From an uncultured Bdellovibrionales bacterium (GTDB lineage Bacteria; Bdellovibrionota; Bdellovibrionia; Bdellovibrionales; JAMPXM01): 64,000 bases of DNA. Numbering within the stretch: position 1 is the stretch's first letter; every line of letters begins with the position of its first letter. Below the pieces are notes generated by a model that saw nothing but the letters and a program-made list of their open reading frames with translations, did no database searches and had not been told where the DNA came from. The DNA is taken from contig CAZIYJ010000004.1 in assembly GCA_964543475.1 (NCBI GenBank), positions 63,362 through 127,361 of the forward strand, in the 5' to 3' direction. Below, in pieces: positions 18,674 to 28,443 of this stretch. The position numbers were made by a program, and so were the translations under genes.

Positions 18674-19907
18674 GGAACGGATTCAAATCAACCACGGGTT
18701 GTGACTCACTAATTATGTCGCTCACGAGTCGTCCGGTACCCATTCCTGATTGTAGGCCCAACATTTGGTGCCCAGTTGCGATGACTAAGTTCTTATGTTT
18801 TTTAGATCGGCTAATGATCGGCACTCCATCGGGAGTGCAAGGTCTTAGCCCACGCCACAACTCAAGCTTCTCAGGTTCATCAGGAATATCCATAAACGCT
18901 TTGGCACCCTTAATGATCGCATTCACTCTTCGCTGAGTAATCGTGAAGTCCTGATTCACTAATTCAATTGTGCCTGCAACACGAACTGTATTTGCCCGAG
19001 GAGTCACCGCGACTTTTCGCTCTACCAACATCAACGGAACTTTAGGAGTTTTTGAAAACGGCTTTAGGATCATCGAATAACCCTTGCCGCCGAGAACTGG
19101 AATTCTCAAATCAAGCGCTTTACCCATATGAGCTGACCAGCTACCGGTTGCCAAAACATAATTTGTCGCGCGGATATCGCCGCGAGTAGTTTTAACATGA
19201 TCAATCGAACCATCACTCTTAAATCCGAAGTCATACAATTCTGCTTTTTCTAAAACTTCGTTTTTTCCGTTATCAACGAACTTTCGAAGTGTCTGAACAA
19301 CTTGAAGTGGTTCAGCGTGTGCTTCTTTCGGAAAATAAACGGCACCAGTCAACAATCCGGTCAACGCAGGTTCGAAATTCCGAGTTTCCTCTGCGTTCAT
19401 TTGCCGGCCCGGAACTCCGTGCTCCGATACTAAATTCATTTCTTTTATTGCGTAGTCTAACCCGGCTTGAGTTTGGGCAGCCATGAGAAGCCCTTTTTGC
19501 TCAAAACCAAATGTCGGCGATTTTTCATTCAGCTGCGAATAAGCATCAAGACTAATTTTTGAAAGTTCAGTGAGCGCTGCAACTGACCGATGCATGTGTT
19601 TGTAGTTCATCGAAAATAAGAATCGTACAAGCCAATTCATTAACATGAAGCTAGGCTGAGGTTTGATGTAGAGAGGACTTTCAGGATCAAGAAGCCAACG
19701 AACTGACTTTAACAACATTCCTGGCATCGGTAACGGCATTGAGAAACAAGGAGTGATCCATCCAGCATTTCCATACGAACACCCGTAACCGATGTCTCCT
19801 TTATCAATGACGATAACTTTGTAACCGCGCTGAGAAAGCTCATACGCGCTAGACATTCCGATGATTCCGCCGCCGATAACAAGGACATCACAACTTCGTT
19901 TTTCCAT
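18657..19907 (-). CDS. dadA: FAD-dependent D-amino-acid dehydrogenase
   Basis: GxGxxG motif VLVIGGGIIGMSSAYEL. Colinear DadA-like blocks (GNAGWI, LKGYS, WRGLRPCTPDGVPII, ATGHQMLG). Confidence 0.7.
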   Translation of the reverse strand: MEKRSCDVLVIGGGIIGMSSAYELSQRGYKVIVIDKGDIGYGCSYGNAGWITPCFSMPLPMPGMLLKSVRWLLDPESPLYIKPQPSFMLMNWLVRFLFSMNYKHMHRSVAALTELSKISLDAYSQLNEKSPTFGFEQKGLLMAAQTQAGLDYAIKEMNLVSEHGVPGRQMNAEETRNFEPALTGLLTGAVYFPKEAHAEPLQVVQTLRKFVDNGKNEVLEKAELYDFGFKSDGSIDHVKTTRGDIRATNYVLATGSWSAHMGKALDLRIPVLGGKGYSMILKPFSKTPKVPLMLVERKVAVTPRANTVRVAGTIELVNQDFTITQRRVNAIIKGAKAFMDIPDEPEKLELWRGLRPCTPDGVPIISRSKKHKNLVIATGHQMLGLQSGMGTGRLVSDIISESQPVVDLNPFRDGRF

Positions 19908-19953
19908 GATGGGCCCAGCTTACCCGCGCTTGAGAGGCGGCGCAACCGAAGGC

Positions 19954-20433
19954 TTACCAACTCAGTTGAAATTTTGCCTGAGACTTTTGCTGTTCGGTAT
20001 TGTGCTCAATTATGTAAGACGAGGTCGAGCCAAGCTTCTGCTGAAAACTCAGCGCAACGCCATTTGATTCGACTCGACAATTGAGCTCTGAATCGCGATC
20101 TCGAAGGCGAATGGTCCTAAGGTTTGCAAAGTTATATTTAAGAGGGTCTTTATCCTCTGGCTTGCTCACTTCAGAATCAATCTCCGGCGTTTCGCTCGCA
20201 GGCTCTCGACCGCCCCATTCAAGCCGAATGTTTGACCTGAGCTTTTCAAACTTACTGAAAACCTCTTCGCCAATTTCAAACTTTACAAGATCGCGTACTC
20301 TTTTGGCCGGATCGACTTCGTTGCTTTCAAATTTACGGTTGAGCGGAAGCACCCGAGTCGGGACACTGAAGTTCTGAAAGAGAACAAACAAAATAGAACT
20401 GAATATCAAAATGAGAACGACTGGCTTCTTCAC
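19954..20433 (-). CDS. hypothetical N-terminally anchored protein
   Basis: Single N-terminal TM/signal anchor, then an acidic soluble region. No family recognised. Confidence 0.5.
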   Translation of the reverse strand: MKKPVVLILIFSSILFVLFQNFSVPTRVLPLNRKFESNEVDPAKRVRDLVKFEIGEEVFSKFEKLRSNIRLEWGGREPASETPEIDSEVSKPEDKDPLKYNFANLRTIRLRDRDSELNCRVESNGVALSFQQKLGSTSSYIIEHNTEQQKSQAKFQLSW

Positions 20434-20544
20434 ATCGCTCTTATCGGGCCTCAGCGGATGTTACTAAAACGAAATGTTAGTCTTTCGTCTGGACCATCTT
20501 GCAGAGCTGCCAACTTCCGATAAAACTTACTGATAAGGAAAATA

Positions 20545-20958
20545 ATGGAAAACTCAAATTTACCTCAGGTCACAGTTGAATCAATCATGACATCCACTGT
20601 TTTTAGCGTTCACGTTTCGATGACGATTCGCGAAGCAATCTTGCTTTTAGTTACTAACAAAATCAGCGGGGCACCCGTCATCGATAGCTCAGGGACAGTG
20701 GTGAGTGTTGTCAGTGAAGGGATACTTCTCAGGCTTGCGACTAAAAAAGGTACAGCAGAAACGATTGGCCCCTGCCTACCTGATCTTCCGGTGGGTGATC
20801 AATTAATTACTGCTAAGCGAACTGATTCAATTCAAGCTATCTATAAAGCTTTCTTAACTCACTCGGTGCATCGAATTATCGTTGTCGACGACACCCGAAA
20901 ACTTTTAGGCATTGTTTCTCGGAGCAATATTCTAAAAATGCTTGTCCAAGCCAAGTGA
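20545..20958 (+). CDS. CBS-pair domain protein
   Basis: Two CBS repeats (ISGAPVID.SG..VSVVSEG; HRIIVVDD..KLLGIVSRSNIL). Confidence 0.85.
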   Translation: MENSNLPQVTVESIMTSTVFSVHVSMTIREAILLLVTNKISGAPVIDSSGTVVSVVSEGILLRLATKKGTAETIGPCLPDLPVGDQLITAKRTDSIQAIYKAFLTHSVHRIIVVDDTRKLLGIVSRSNILKMLVQAK

Positions 20959-20981
20959 GCTAATGAATCGAAAGCTTCTAA

Positions 20982-21587
20982 CTACTTAGTTCGAAGATCC
21001 AACGCGATGTCAAAGTTGTCGTTGATCATCTTATCTCCCAAATTTTCGAAAAACTTTCCTGATCCGTAACGAACATTGAACAACGTGCGGTCAACAGAAA
21101 TATTTCCTTTCGCAGAGCCTTTGCCGTCTTTCACGTCGACCATCGCAGGGAATGTGATTGGCTTTGTTTGCCCTTTCACAGTCAAATCACCTGTCACCTC
21201 AACGTTCGCATCTTTCTTACCTTTTAAAGGCTTCACTGAAGTAATTTTGAACTTTGCTGTAGGATGCTTATCGACACCAAAGAAATCATCTGACTTTAAA
21301 TGACCAGTAAGTTTCTCGTTGTTCTTTGCATCGGTAATATCTAAAACTTTGATCGACGACATATCAATTTCGAACTGTCCACCTTTGAGAGTACTGCCCT
21401 CAAGGTCAATCTCTCCGCCTTTTAAATTCACTGTTCCATTGTGCTGGCCAGTCACTTTCTTCCCGACCCAGCTGAGTTTGCTAGTCGCAGTATCGATTGC
21501 CACAGGCTTTGCAGATGCAAGGAGCGGAAGTGCAATCATGAGCGCTGCTCCAAACGTGTTAATCATTTTCATCTTGATTCCTTTCAT
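20982..21587 (-). CDS. YceI-family periplasmic protein
   Basis: Signal peptide. YceI hallmarks: KVTGQH.GT, GGQFEIDMSSI, HLKS.DFF....HPTAKF, LT.KG.TKPI. Confidence 0.85.
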   Translation of the reverse strand: MKGIKMKMINTFGAALMIALPLLASAKPVAIDTATSKLSWVGKKVTGQHNGTVNLKGGEIDLEGSTLKGGQFEIDMSSIKVLDITDAKNNEKLTGHLKSDDFFGVDKHPTAKFKITSVKPLKGKKDANVEVTGDLTVKGQTKPITFPAMVDVKDGKGSAKGNISVDRTLFNVRYGSGKFFENLGDKMINDNFDIALDLRTK

Positions 21588-21658
21588 GGGTGTTCATTCC
21601 CAATGGTTGATCTAGGTACTTTACGGTAAATGAGGATCGTACAGTAGACGGCAAAATA

Positions 21659-21687
21659 TGGACACTATGTGCAACCCTATGTACAAT
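21659..21687 (+). promoter_or_regulatory. sigma70-like promoter placed for a leaderless LysR transcript
   Basis: TGGACA (21659-21664), 17-nt spacer, TACAAT (21682-21687), then 7 nt to ATG 21695 with no SD. The spacer and -10 carry the direct repeat CTATGTGCAA / CTATGTACAA (21665-21674, 21677-21686). Confidence 0.45.
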
Positions 21688-21694
21688 CCGCGTT

Positions 21695-22579
21695 ATGGAA
21701 CTAGATTCAATAGCCGTGTTTGTGAAAGTAGTCGAAGCCGGAAGTTTTTCAGAAGCTGCACGTCTTCTTAAGATGCCAAAGACAACAGTGAGTGCAAAGG
21801 TTGCAGCGCTAGAAAGGCGCCTAGGTGTCACACTGATTCAACGCACCACCCGAAAGCTTCATATCACCGATGCAGGACAGAACTATTTCCGGCATTGCGC
21901 CATCGCAATTTCTGAAATTGAAAAAGGCGAATCCGAACTGTCTGCTGGCACAAGCAAGCCGAAAGGCGTGCTAAAAATTACAGCTCCTGCAGACCTCGGC
22001 CACACCTTGTTACCGAAGATTGTTTGCGCCTATCGCAAACAATTTCCAGATGTGCGCCTTGAGTTGGTAGTTACGAATCGAATCGTCGACTTAGTAGGCG
22101 AGGGAATTGATTTGGCTATTCGAGCAGGCGAATTGAAAGACTCATCACTCATCGCAAAAAAGTTTTTTGATAACTCAATTAACTTTTGGGCTTCGCCGGC
22201 ATACATCAAAAAACACGGTCAGCCGACTCATCCGAACGATTTAAAAAAACATGATTTCATTGCGCATGTTGCACTCAAAGAATCAATGGTCCTCAGCGAC
22301 GGCAAAACCACTGTCGGCCTCGAGATGAATCCAATGATAAAGGTCGATGATTTTGAAACATTGAAAGCCCTCCTCGTACTTAAAGAAGGAATTGGAGTTC
22401 TTCCAAGCTTTGTTCCAGTGAGGGAGCAAAGAACAAAGGAGCTCGTACCACTTCTTCCGAAGTGGTCGCTTAAAAACACAGGAGGATTTTGGTTTGTTTA
22501 TCCTAGTCAGAAGTACTCTTCACCAAAGGTGCGTACATTCATTGACCTTGCGATCGAAGTCGCAAAAGAAGTCTGCTAA
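21695..22579 (+). CDS. LysR-family transcriptional regulator
   Basis: N-terminal HTH (FVKVVEAGSFSEAARLLKMPKTTVSAKVAALE) plus a LysR substrate-binding domain. Divergent from yceI. Confidence 0.9.
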   Translation: MELDSIAVFVKVVEAGSFSEAARLLKMPKTTVSAKVAALERRLGVTLIQRTTRKLHITDAGQNYFRHCAIAISEIEKGESELSAGTSKPKGVLKITAPADLGHTLLPKIVCAYRKQFPDVRLELVVTNRIVDLVGEGIDLAIRAGELKDSSLIAKKFFDNSINFWASPAYIKKHGQPTHPNDLKKHDFIAHVALKESMVLSDGKTTVGLEMNPMIKVDDFETLKALLVLKEGIGVLPSFVPVREQRTKELVPLLPKWSLKNTGGFWFVYPSQKYSSPKVRTFIDLAIEVAKEVC

Positions 22580-22583
22580 ACCG

Positions 22584-23312
22584 CTACTTGCAGTTTTTTC
22601 CCCAAGTATTTGGAATTCGGTCACTGATACCGAGGTGTAACGCTTGCGAAGGATAGTATCCGATCGCTTTGAGTCGGCCCTGGCTTCGCATTCGGCAAAG
22701 AGCACTAAATGCCAAGTTCTTATCTCTCGTGCTTTCGAATTCAACGTCGACTGAAGTGCCAAATGGGTGTCGTCCGCCAGCTCCATCAACGTTTTTATTA
22801 TAAGGCTCAGGTCTCCACCAATTATAAATACGACGAACGCCGATGCCTTTTGCCTGTAAAGACTCAAGAATCTTTACAGCCTCGAAAGCACCTTTCCATG
22901 TCGATTTATCTGGGTGAATAAACCGATGAATTTGCTTCTCTCCATACGTGCACGCAAAGATTTCTGCGCTATCCGGATTAGGGCGAGTCAGCTGCTCACA
23001 CCAATTAGATGAGCCCGTCGATTTTATGCATGATTTTACAAACTCTTTGTAGAGCGTGTTCCCGTAATCGACGTAGGCTTTTTGTTCTTTCGTCGCTTTT
23101 ACGCAACCCGATCCGCCCATGAGGCCAAAGATAAATTCACCGTCATCATGTAAATGACCATGCTCATCTGCAATCGGAGTTGTGAGCCGCCCATCGTCTA
23201 GGTCAGTCACTACTGTTGAAGCCGAGTCCGCACATCCAACTAGAGAGATTAGTGCCATCGCTGAAGCCAACGACGCCGCTAAACTTCTCGTCCCTGAGAA
23301 ATTAAATCGCAT
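22584..23312 (-). CDS. peptidase M15-like (LAS zinc peptidase) lipoprotein
   Basis: Lipobox LVGC. GGRHPFGTSVDVEF fits the S.H..G.A.D motif; a later His is in QALHLGISD. Confidence 0.45.
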   Translation of the reverse strand: MRFNFSGTRSLAASLASAMALISLVGCADSASTVVTDLDDGRLTTPIADEHGHLHDDGEFIFGLMGGSGCVKATKEQKAYVDYGNTLYKEFVKSCIKSTGSSNWCEQLTRPNPDSAEIFACTYGEKQIHRFIHPDKSTWKGAFEAVKILESLQAKGIGVRRIYNWWRPEPYNKNVDGAGGRHPFGTSVDVEFESTRDKNLAFSALCRMRSQGRLKAIGYYPSQALHLGISDRIPNTWGKNCK

Positions 23313-23420
23313 ATGGTTCCTTTAGTATAGATCCACAATGGAACCAAATCAGCGATTGATCTAGCTTAAAGTTGTATTTGCGAGACTATGGTCCTGCGAT
23401 TTTGGTTAAACGAGATAGAT

Positions 23421-24173
23421 TTATGAGCAACGTTCCCTGAGATAGCTCTCGTATTTCTGAACGATAGCTTCGCTTGTAGGCTCTAATCTCGTGCTAGGTC
23501 GTGAATAGTTTTTATAGAACAAACGACACTGAGCCCACGAAGGATAGAACTCTTCGCGATCCTTCTTTTTTTTGCCCATCATTTTGGTTGCAGCATAATT
23601 GAGAATCTCATTTAAACCTTCAGAGCTGACTAACCCTTGATCAAACAATTCTAAAGAGAGATCAATTGAAGTGAGATAAGCAGTCTGTCCAGCCGGAATT
23701 TCTACGTCATAAAGCTGATGAATAAAAATTACGGCTTTACCTGGGTGTCTTTCAGAAGCGAGCTTGTAAATTTCAGGATCTTTTTCTCCATTGTCGCCAA
23801 ACATCAGCATCTGAGTTGGAGCAACTTCACGAACAATTTGATCAATGGCTTTTGACTTGTGCGTAAGATTATCAAATTTGGTATCGCGTGCGAACAAGCG
23901 GCCTTCTGGAAAATGGTTCCAAAAAATAAAGAACTCAGAGACCGACTTTAACTGCTCTGGAACACCACTCACGTATTCAAATCGCGTCACTACTTTTTCG
24001 AGCTCGCGATAAAGCATTGAGAGGCCTGAAAATTCATCTTGCTTAAGCACAGTTAATTTTTGGAGTTCACGAACATTTGCCTGCCGAATCGTATCATCGA
24101 TATCTGAAATCACGATGGTATTAGCCGATGCTTTAAAACTTACGAGCAATAGAAGCGTTAACAAAAATCGCAT
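23421..24173 (-). CDS. App1-family (DUF2183) phosphatase-like secreted protein
   Basis: Signal peptide. HAD-like VISDIDDTI and FGDNGEKDPEIY motifs. Confidence 0.6.
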   Translation of the reverse strand: MRFLLTLLLLVSFKASANTIVISDIDDTIRQANVRELQKLTVLKQDEFSGLSMLYRELEKVVTRFEYVSGVPEQLKSVSEFFIFWNHFPEGRLFARDTKFDNLTHKSKAIDQIVREVAPTQMLMFGDNGEKDPEIYKLASERHPGKAVIFIHQLYDVEIPAGQTAYLTSIDLSLELFDQGLVSSEGLNEILNYAATKMMGKKKKDREEFYPSWAQCRLFYKNYSRPSTRLEPTSEAIVQKYESYLRERCS

Positions 24174-24206
24174 GGTTTTCCCCCTACAAACTGCTAGGAT
24201 CTAAAC

Positions 24207-25118
24207 ATGAATTTTAGCGAGCAGACTACTTCTAATTCTCAGTGGAAAAAAGTTATCTGGTTGCTGAGACTGAGCTGCTTTTTAGTGTTCGCAGGACGAG
24301 GTTGGCAGCACTTATTTACAGGCGACGCCCCGTTTAGGGTGCTGTTTTGGGATGAAGACCTTCTTACGCCCCTTGTTAATTCCCTCTTCGGCATGTCTTG
24401 GGATCAATGGGCAACGAGTGAACGAGTCGACGGAGCAATTCAGGCTTCTATTCACATCACCGGTGCTTTCTACTTTTTGTGCGCTGGTTTATCGCTCGTC
24501 GTCCAGAGACAACATCAGATTATTAAGGTCATTTTAGGGATTGGCTGCGCCTCTCTAGTCTTCCTCGCTTTCCTCTACTTCAAAGATCGCTTCTATCAAA
24601 TTGCTCAGTTTTTTGAGTATGCCGCTCAATTCATGGCGCCAGGATTACTTATTTGGGCGGTCTCCGCTAAGCGTACTCCACCTCGAGGATTTGACTTTGC
24701 AATTAGGCTTGCCGTAGCCCTGACTTTTATTTGTCACGGACTGTATGCGTTCGGATATTACCCTGTGCCCGGCAATTTTGTGGATATGGTCATTCAAATC
24801 CTCCATGTTACTGATTCGCAAGCTATAGCCTTATTAGAAATCGCGGCCATTCTTGATTTCGCCATTGGTGGTCTTTTGATTTTGGGAATATTGAAGCCGT
24901 TTGCATATGGCTACGCAATATTCTGGGGCGTAGCTACAACTGCTGCCCGATTAGTTGCGAATATTTCGTGGGACTTACTTGGAGCCGACCTAATGCGGTG
25001 GTTACCCGAATTTATTCAACGAGGCCCTCATGCGACCATTCCCGCAGCGGGATTGGTTCTCTGCTCTGCGTACGTGGCAAATAAGATTCAAAAGATAACG
25101 AGAGTGGGCTCAGCTTAG
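24207..25118 (+). CDS. hypothetical polytopic membrane protein
   Basis: About 8 hydrophobic helices. No family recognised. Confidence 0.55.
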   Translation: MNFSEQTTSNSQWKKVIWLLRLSCFLVFAGRGWQHLFTGDAPFRVLFWDEDLLTPLVNSLFGMSWDQWATSERVDGAIQASIHITGAFYFLCAGLSLVVQRQHQIIKVILGIGCASLVFLAFLYFKDRFYQIAQFFEYAAQFMAPGLLIWAVSAKRTPPRGFDFAIRLAVALTFICHGLYAFGYYPVPGNFVDMVIQILHVTDSQAIALLEIAAILDFAIGGLLILGILKPFAYGYAIFWGVATTAARLVANISWDLLGADLMRWLPEFIQRGPHATIPAAGLVLCSAYVANKIQKITRVGSA

Positions 25119-25127
25119 CTCCAAAGA

Positions 25128-25301
25128 TTAGTTCCAAAGATTTTGGCGAGCCCCAGGCTTTCTTAACCATTCTGCCCTTTGCGGCCAAACGAAATCAACT
25201 TTCGAGCGATCTAGCTCTCGGGATTCAGCGAGGATTTTCCGTGAGATTATGTCTGGAGTAAGCGAAGGCTTCTTCTCTCGAATTAGTTTTACTGCTCTCA
25301 T
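25128..25301 (-). CDS. 57-aa hypothetical protein
   Basis: Internal ATG 25301 of the listed 76-aa ORF is preceded by AGGAGG with a 7-nt gap. Basic, soluble sequence MRAVKLIREKKPSLTPD.... Confidence 0.4.
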   Translation of the reverse strand: MRAVKLIREKKPSLTPDIISRKILAESRELDRSKVDFVWPQRAEWLRKPGARQNLWN

Positions 25302-25434
25302 TTTCGTTCCTCCTGTCGACCAAGGCAAAACGCTAAGAACAAACTGAGACGTAAGCAATTGACGAAAAAGTTTTGATCAAACCCACACAAGAAGAACGTA
25401 GATTGTGGCAATTCGAATGAAGAGCGCGCCCCAT

Positions 25435-25908
25435 TTAGTGCTTGCCGTGACCTGTTCGACAACAAGCGCAAAGATTGCGATTAACGAGATGCGCGCGAAC
25501 TAAAAAGATACTTCCCGCAATCGACAAAACTGGTTCTAGCCACTCAATTTCAAGCTCATGGGGAATTGTTATTCCCGCAATCACCAATGCAAAACCGATT
25601 AAAGCGATTTTGAAAACGCGAGAATCTTTGTGAAGCTTGTAACCAGGAATGAATGCCGCAAGTGCCAGAAGCGGAATGATCACCGCAAAAACAATATGGA
25701 GAGAGCCATGCCACCAGTCAAAAATCTGCATCGCCGGGAGAGCAAGCAGAATAACTGGTGTCAGGACACAGTGAACAATGCAAATAACCGACAAGCAAAT
25801 TCCCGCTTTATCAGCCAACAACTGAAGAGCTGTGCGCGACTTCTCTGTACGCAGAGTAAGCCGGCTTGGATCTATAGTTTTAATAGCAGCGAGAGAGTAT
25901 TTAACCAT
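25435..25908 (-). CDS. MerC-domain membrane protein
   Basis: Four TM helices. CIVHCVLTP motif is typical of the MerC family. C-terminal CACC. Confidence 0.55.
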   Translation of the reverse strand: MVKYSLAAIKTIDPSRLTLRTEKSRTALQLLADKAGICLSVICIVHCVLTPVILLALPAMQIFDWWHGSLHIVFAVIIPLLALAAFIPGYKLHKDSRVFKIALIGFALVIAGITIPHELEIEWLEPVLSIAGSIFLVRAHLVNRNLCACCRTGHGKH

Positions 25909-25910
25909 TT

Positions 25911-26960
25911 TTACTTCTTACGAATCTTTCCGTACACAGGCCAGTGATCAGAAACACCCTGGTCTGCAGAAAATCGATTTGGTCGACCATTCCACGTTTG
26001 CTCAGGTCCGCGATTTGGTACGTCGATGGTTTGTACGTCAACAACCCAACCGCTTGTTCCTGCTTTCATGTTCTTTGAGAACAACAAAGCATCAAGAAAC
26101 GACCATGTCTGCTCTTTACCGTAGAACTCAGTACCAAGGCAGTGACTACAACCAATGAGGTGTGACACCAACCACTTCGCGCCAAGTTTATCTTCGTAAA
26201 GACGAGCCTTCGAGTCTTCATTTGTATTGATGTTAAAATCGCCACCCGCAATTGCGAGTGAACCAGCAGGAAGTTTATCAAGTTCAGCATTGAGGGCTGC
26301 AGCTGCAGCTATTCTAAACTCTGTTGGATTGCCGCCCGAAGGAAAGTGAACACCGAAAACGTTTAAATTTTCGCCGCCAGGAAGTTTAAATACTGCGTGT
26401 AAAATTCCACGAGAATCGATGATCTGGTTTTTCATTTTAACCGGATAGATCTTCGTATCGCCAGCGCGCTTAAGTCGCGACAACATTCCGATATCGATTC
26501 CTCGATCATCCCAACCCTCAAGTAAAATCGGCTCAAGGTAGGCTTTGTCGGCCGGAATCTTTTTGTTAATCGCTTCCATCACCTGGCGAAGAATTTTAAT
26601 ATTTTCGACTTCTTCGAGAATTAAAACATCTGGGCCATCACCCTTATCGAGGCCTGCGACAACATTCGCAATGCGATCAATTTTGGTAGCAACGATTTTT
26701 TCGTTCCAGTCGAGCGACAAACATTCGTCTCGGTAAAGATCATGATTGATCTTCATGCAAGTGTCGTAATGCTCTTTAGTGTTTTTCTTAGAAAGAGGTA
26801 AGTAGGTGTAGTCTTTTGCGTTATCTTTTTCAGTGTCGAAAAGATTTTCGACGTTGAATGCGAGAACTGAAACTTCAGTAACTCTTGCGGCTTCTTCTTT
26901 TCCGCCAGCAAAAACTTGCGTACTTAATAACAGACCGATCATTACTAGATTAAGTTTCAT
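25911..26960 (-). CDS. secreted endonuclease/exonuclease/phosphatase (EEP) family protein
   Basis: ATG 26960 follows GGAGGGG. Signal peptide. EEP blocks AFNVENLF, LILEEVE, GVHFPS, GGDFN, SDHWPV. Confidence 0.8.
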   Translation of the reverse strand: MKLNLVMIGLLLSTQVFAGGKEEAARVTEVSVLAFNVENLFDTEKDNAKDYTYLPLSKKNTKEHYDTCMKINHDLYRDECLSLDWNEKIVATKIDRIANVVAGLDKGDGPDVLILEEVENIKILRQVMEAINKKIPADKAYLEPILLEGWDDRGIDIGMLSRLKRAGDTKIYPVKMKNQIIDSRGILHAVFKLPGGENLNVFGVHFPSGGNPTEFRIAAAAALNAELDKLPAGSLAIAGGDFNINTNEDSKARLYEDKLGAKWLVSHLIGCSHCLGTEFYGKEQTWSFLDALLFSKNMKAGTSGWVVDVQTIDVPNRGPEQTWNGRPNRFSADQGVSDHWPVYGKIRKK

Positions 26961-27127
26961 TAACCCCTCCAACTCTCGCTTGTTTGCGAGACTAAAAAAG
27001 TGACGATTTCCCCAAAAGATCTAGAACTTTCTGCATAATCGGGGCCCGCTCACCAGAATGCAAACTAGGATTGAGTCAGGATAAAAGAATTATTTGCTTA
27101 AGAGAGCGCGATCAGCGTGAATTTTAT

Positions 27128-28399
27128 TCAACTCTCGCCGCGAGAACGCAGTGCTTCTGAAGGCAGAATCTGGGTGTAAGTCTTTGCCGGCCACCAAGCT
27201 CCAACCAATGCGACTACAGCAGAAATAAGAGCAACCCCTGCAATTAAACCAGGTTCTATTCGAACTGGAATCGTCGTGTCGTAATAAATCTGCGGAAGAA
27301 TCGGGAGCGGAAATTTTTGGATCAAAACGCACACTAAAAGCCCGAGCAACAGCCCGCCGCCAAATCCAATAGCAGAAAGCAGCAGCCCAAGCTTTAAAAA
27401 TAGCTTTCGAGTCGCCGCCGCACTGAATCCGAGCGCCATGAATATACCGATGTCGCGCCGCTTTTGGGTCATCAATAACACTAAAACCGTCACCATCGAG
27501 AAGCTTGCAATTAGCGCACTCAAGGCTAAAAAAGTTCCGATCATAGTTTTCTCTAAACGTAGGGCATAAAGAAGTGATGAGTTTCGAGCAGCCCATGATT
27601 CAACCGTTGCGCCTCGGCGAACGAGCTCATTCTCGACGGCCTCAAATTTCTCGGGATCAGGGAGCCTTACTTCAACCACCAATTTTCTTGATGCTGCTTG
27701 GCCGAGTCCTCCAAGGCTCTTCCCTCTTCCAAAAAACACAACTTGAGAGTCGATCTCGGGAACGTTCGTACTAATTAATCCTTTAACTAAGAGCTTCTCA
27801 AACTTCGGCACTTCGCCGGGAGGAAGCAAAAGCCCCTCAGGAGCAATCGCCGTGATTTGATCACCCTCGAAAATTCCGAGTCCTCTTGCTAAATCGATTC
27901 CTAAAATGACTTCTCCGGCTAGAAGCTCACTCGAATCAAGTGTTGGCTCCGCAAGATCAATTTGATTGTTGTCAGGTGACTTTCGAGACTGATCCGCCCG
28001 AAGGCTTTCGCGCTGGATCTGAGATAAATTCTTTGCGTCGACACCTTTTGCAACAGCACCACCGTAATTTCCTTCAACTGTACGAAGGAGCAAGTCTTGA
28101 ACTTCAACGGGGTCGATCTGAATTTGTTGCTGCGATTTCAAAAACTCAAAGGCCGAGCTCTTCTCCACTTCAGCAAATGTTTTTGCACCGGGAATACTGA
28201 GTACCAGATGTGGTTCAACCGCGAGCAAGCGCCGTTTGATCGATCCATTAAATCCATTCATTACACTTAAGACTATGACTAGTGCACTAACACCAACACA
28301 AACTCCGGTGATACAAAGCCACGCAACGATTCGGACCACTGATCCGGCTCTGCGAGAAAGTAAGTAATGTTTAAATAAATCCCAGGTAAGCACGCTCAA
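27128..28399 (-). CDS. LolC/LolE-type (FtsX-fold) ABC permease
   Basis: N-terminal TM, large periplasmic MacB-like domain, C-terminal FtsX helices (RRDIGIFMALGF). No adjacent LolD-type ATPase. Confidence 0.8.
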   Translation of the reverse strand: MSVLTWDLFKHYLLSRRAGSVVRIVAWLCITGVCVGVSALVIVLSVMNGFNGSIKRRLLAVEPHLVLSIPGAKTFAEVEKSSAFEFLKSQQQIQIDPVEVQDLLLRTVEGNYGGAVAKGVDAKNLSQIQRESLRADQSRKSPDNNQIDLAEPTLDSSELLAGEVILGIDLARGLGIFEGDQITAIAPEGLLLPPGEVPKFEKLLVKGLISTNVPEIDSQVVFFGRGKSLGGLGQAASRKLVVEVRLPDPEKFEAVENELVRRGATVESWAARNSSLLYALRLEKTMIGTFLALSALIASFSMVTVLVLLMTQKRRDIGIFMALGFSAAATRKLFLKLGLLLSAIGFGGGLLLGLLVCVLIQKFPLPILPQIYYDTTIPVRIEPGLIAGVALISAVVALVGAWWPAKTYTQILPSEALRSRGES

Positions 28400-28443
28400 A
28401 GATTATGTAACGCGCTTTCTAGAGTTGCAAGGTAAGAGTCGAC

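Noticed and set aside
27090-27596. 168-aa ORF on the same strand as the LolC/E permease gene, in another frame
   Set aside because: Cys/Arg/Ser-rich junk-like composition with no SD. It lies almost entirely inside a gene whose own frame has clear family motifs, so it is a shadow ORF.
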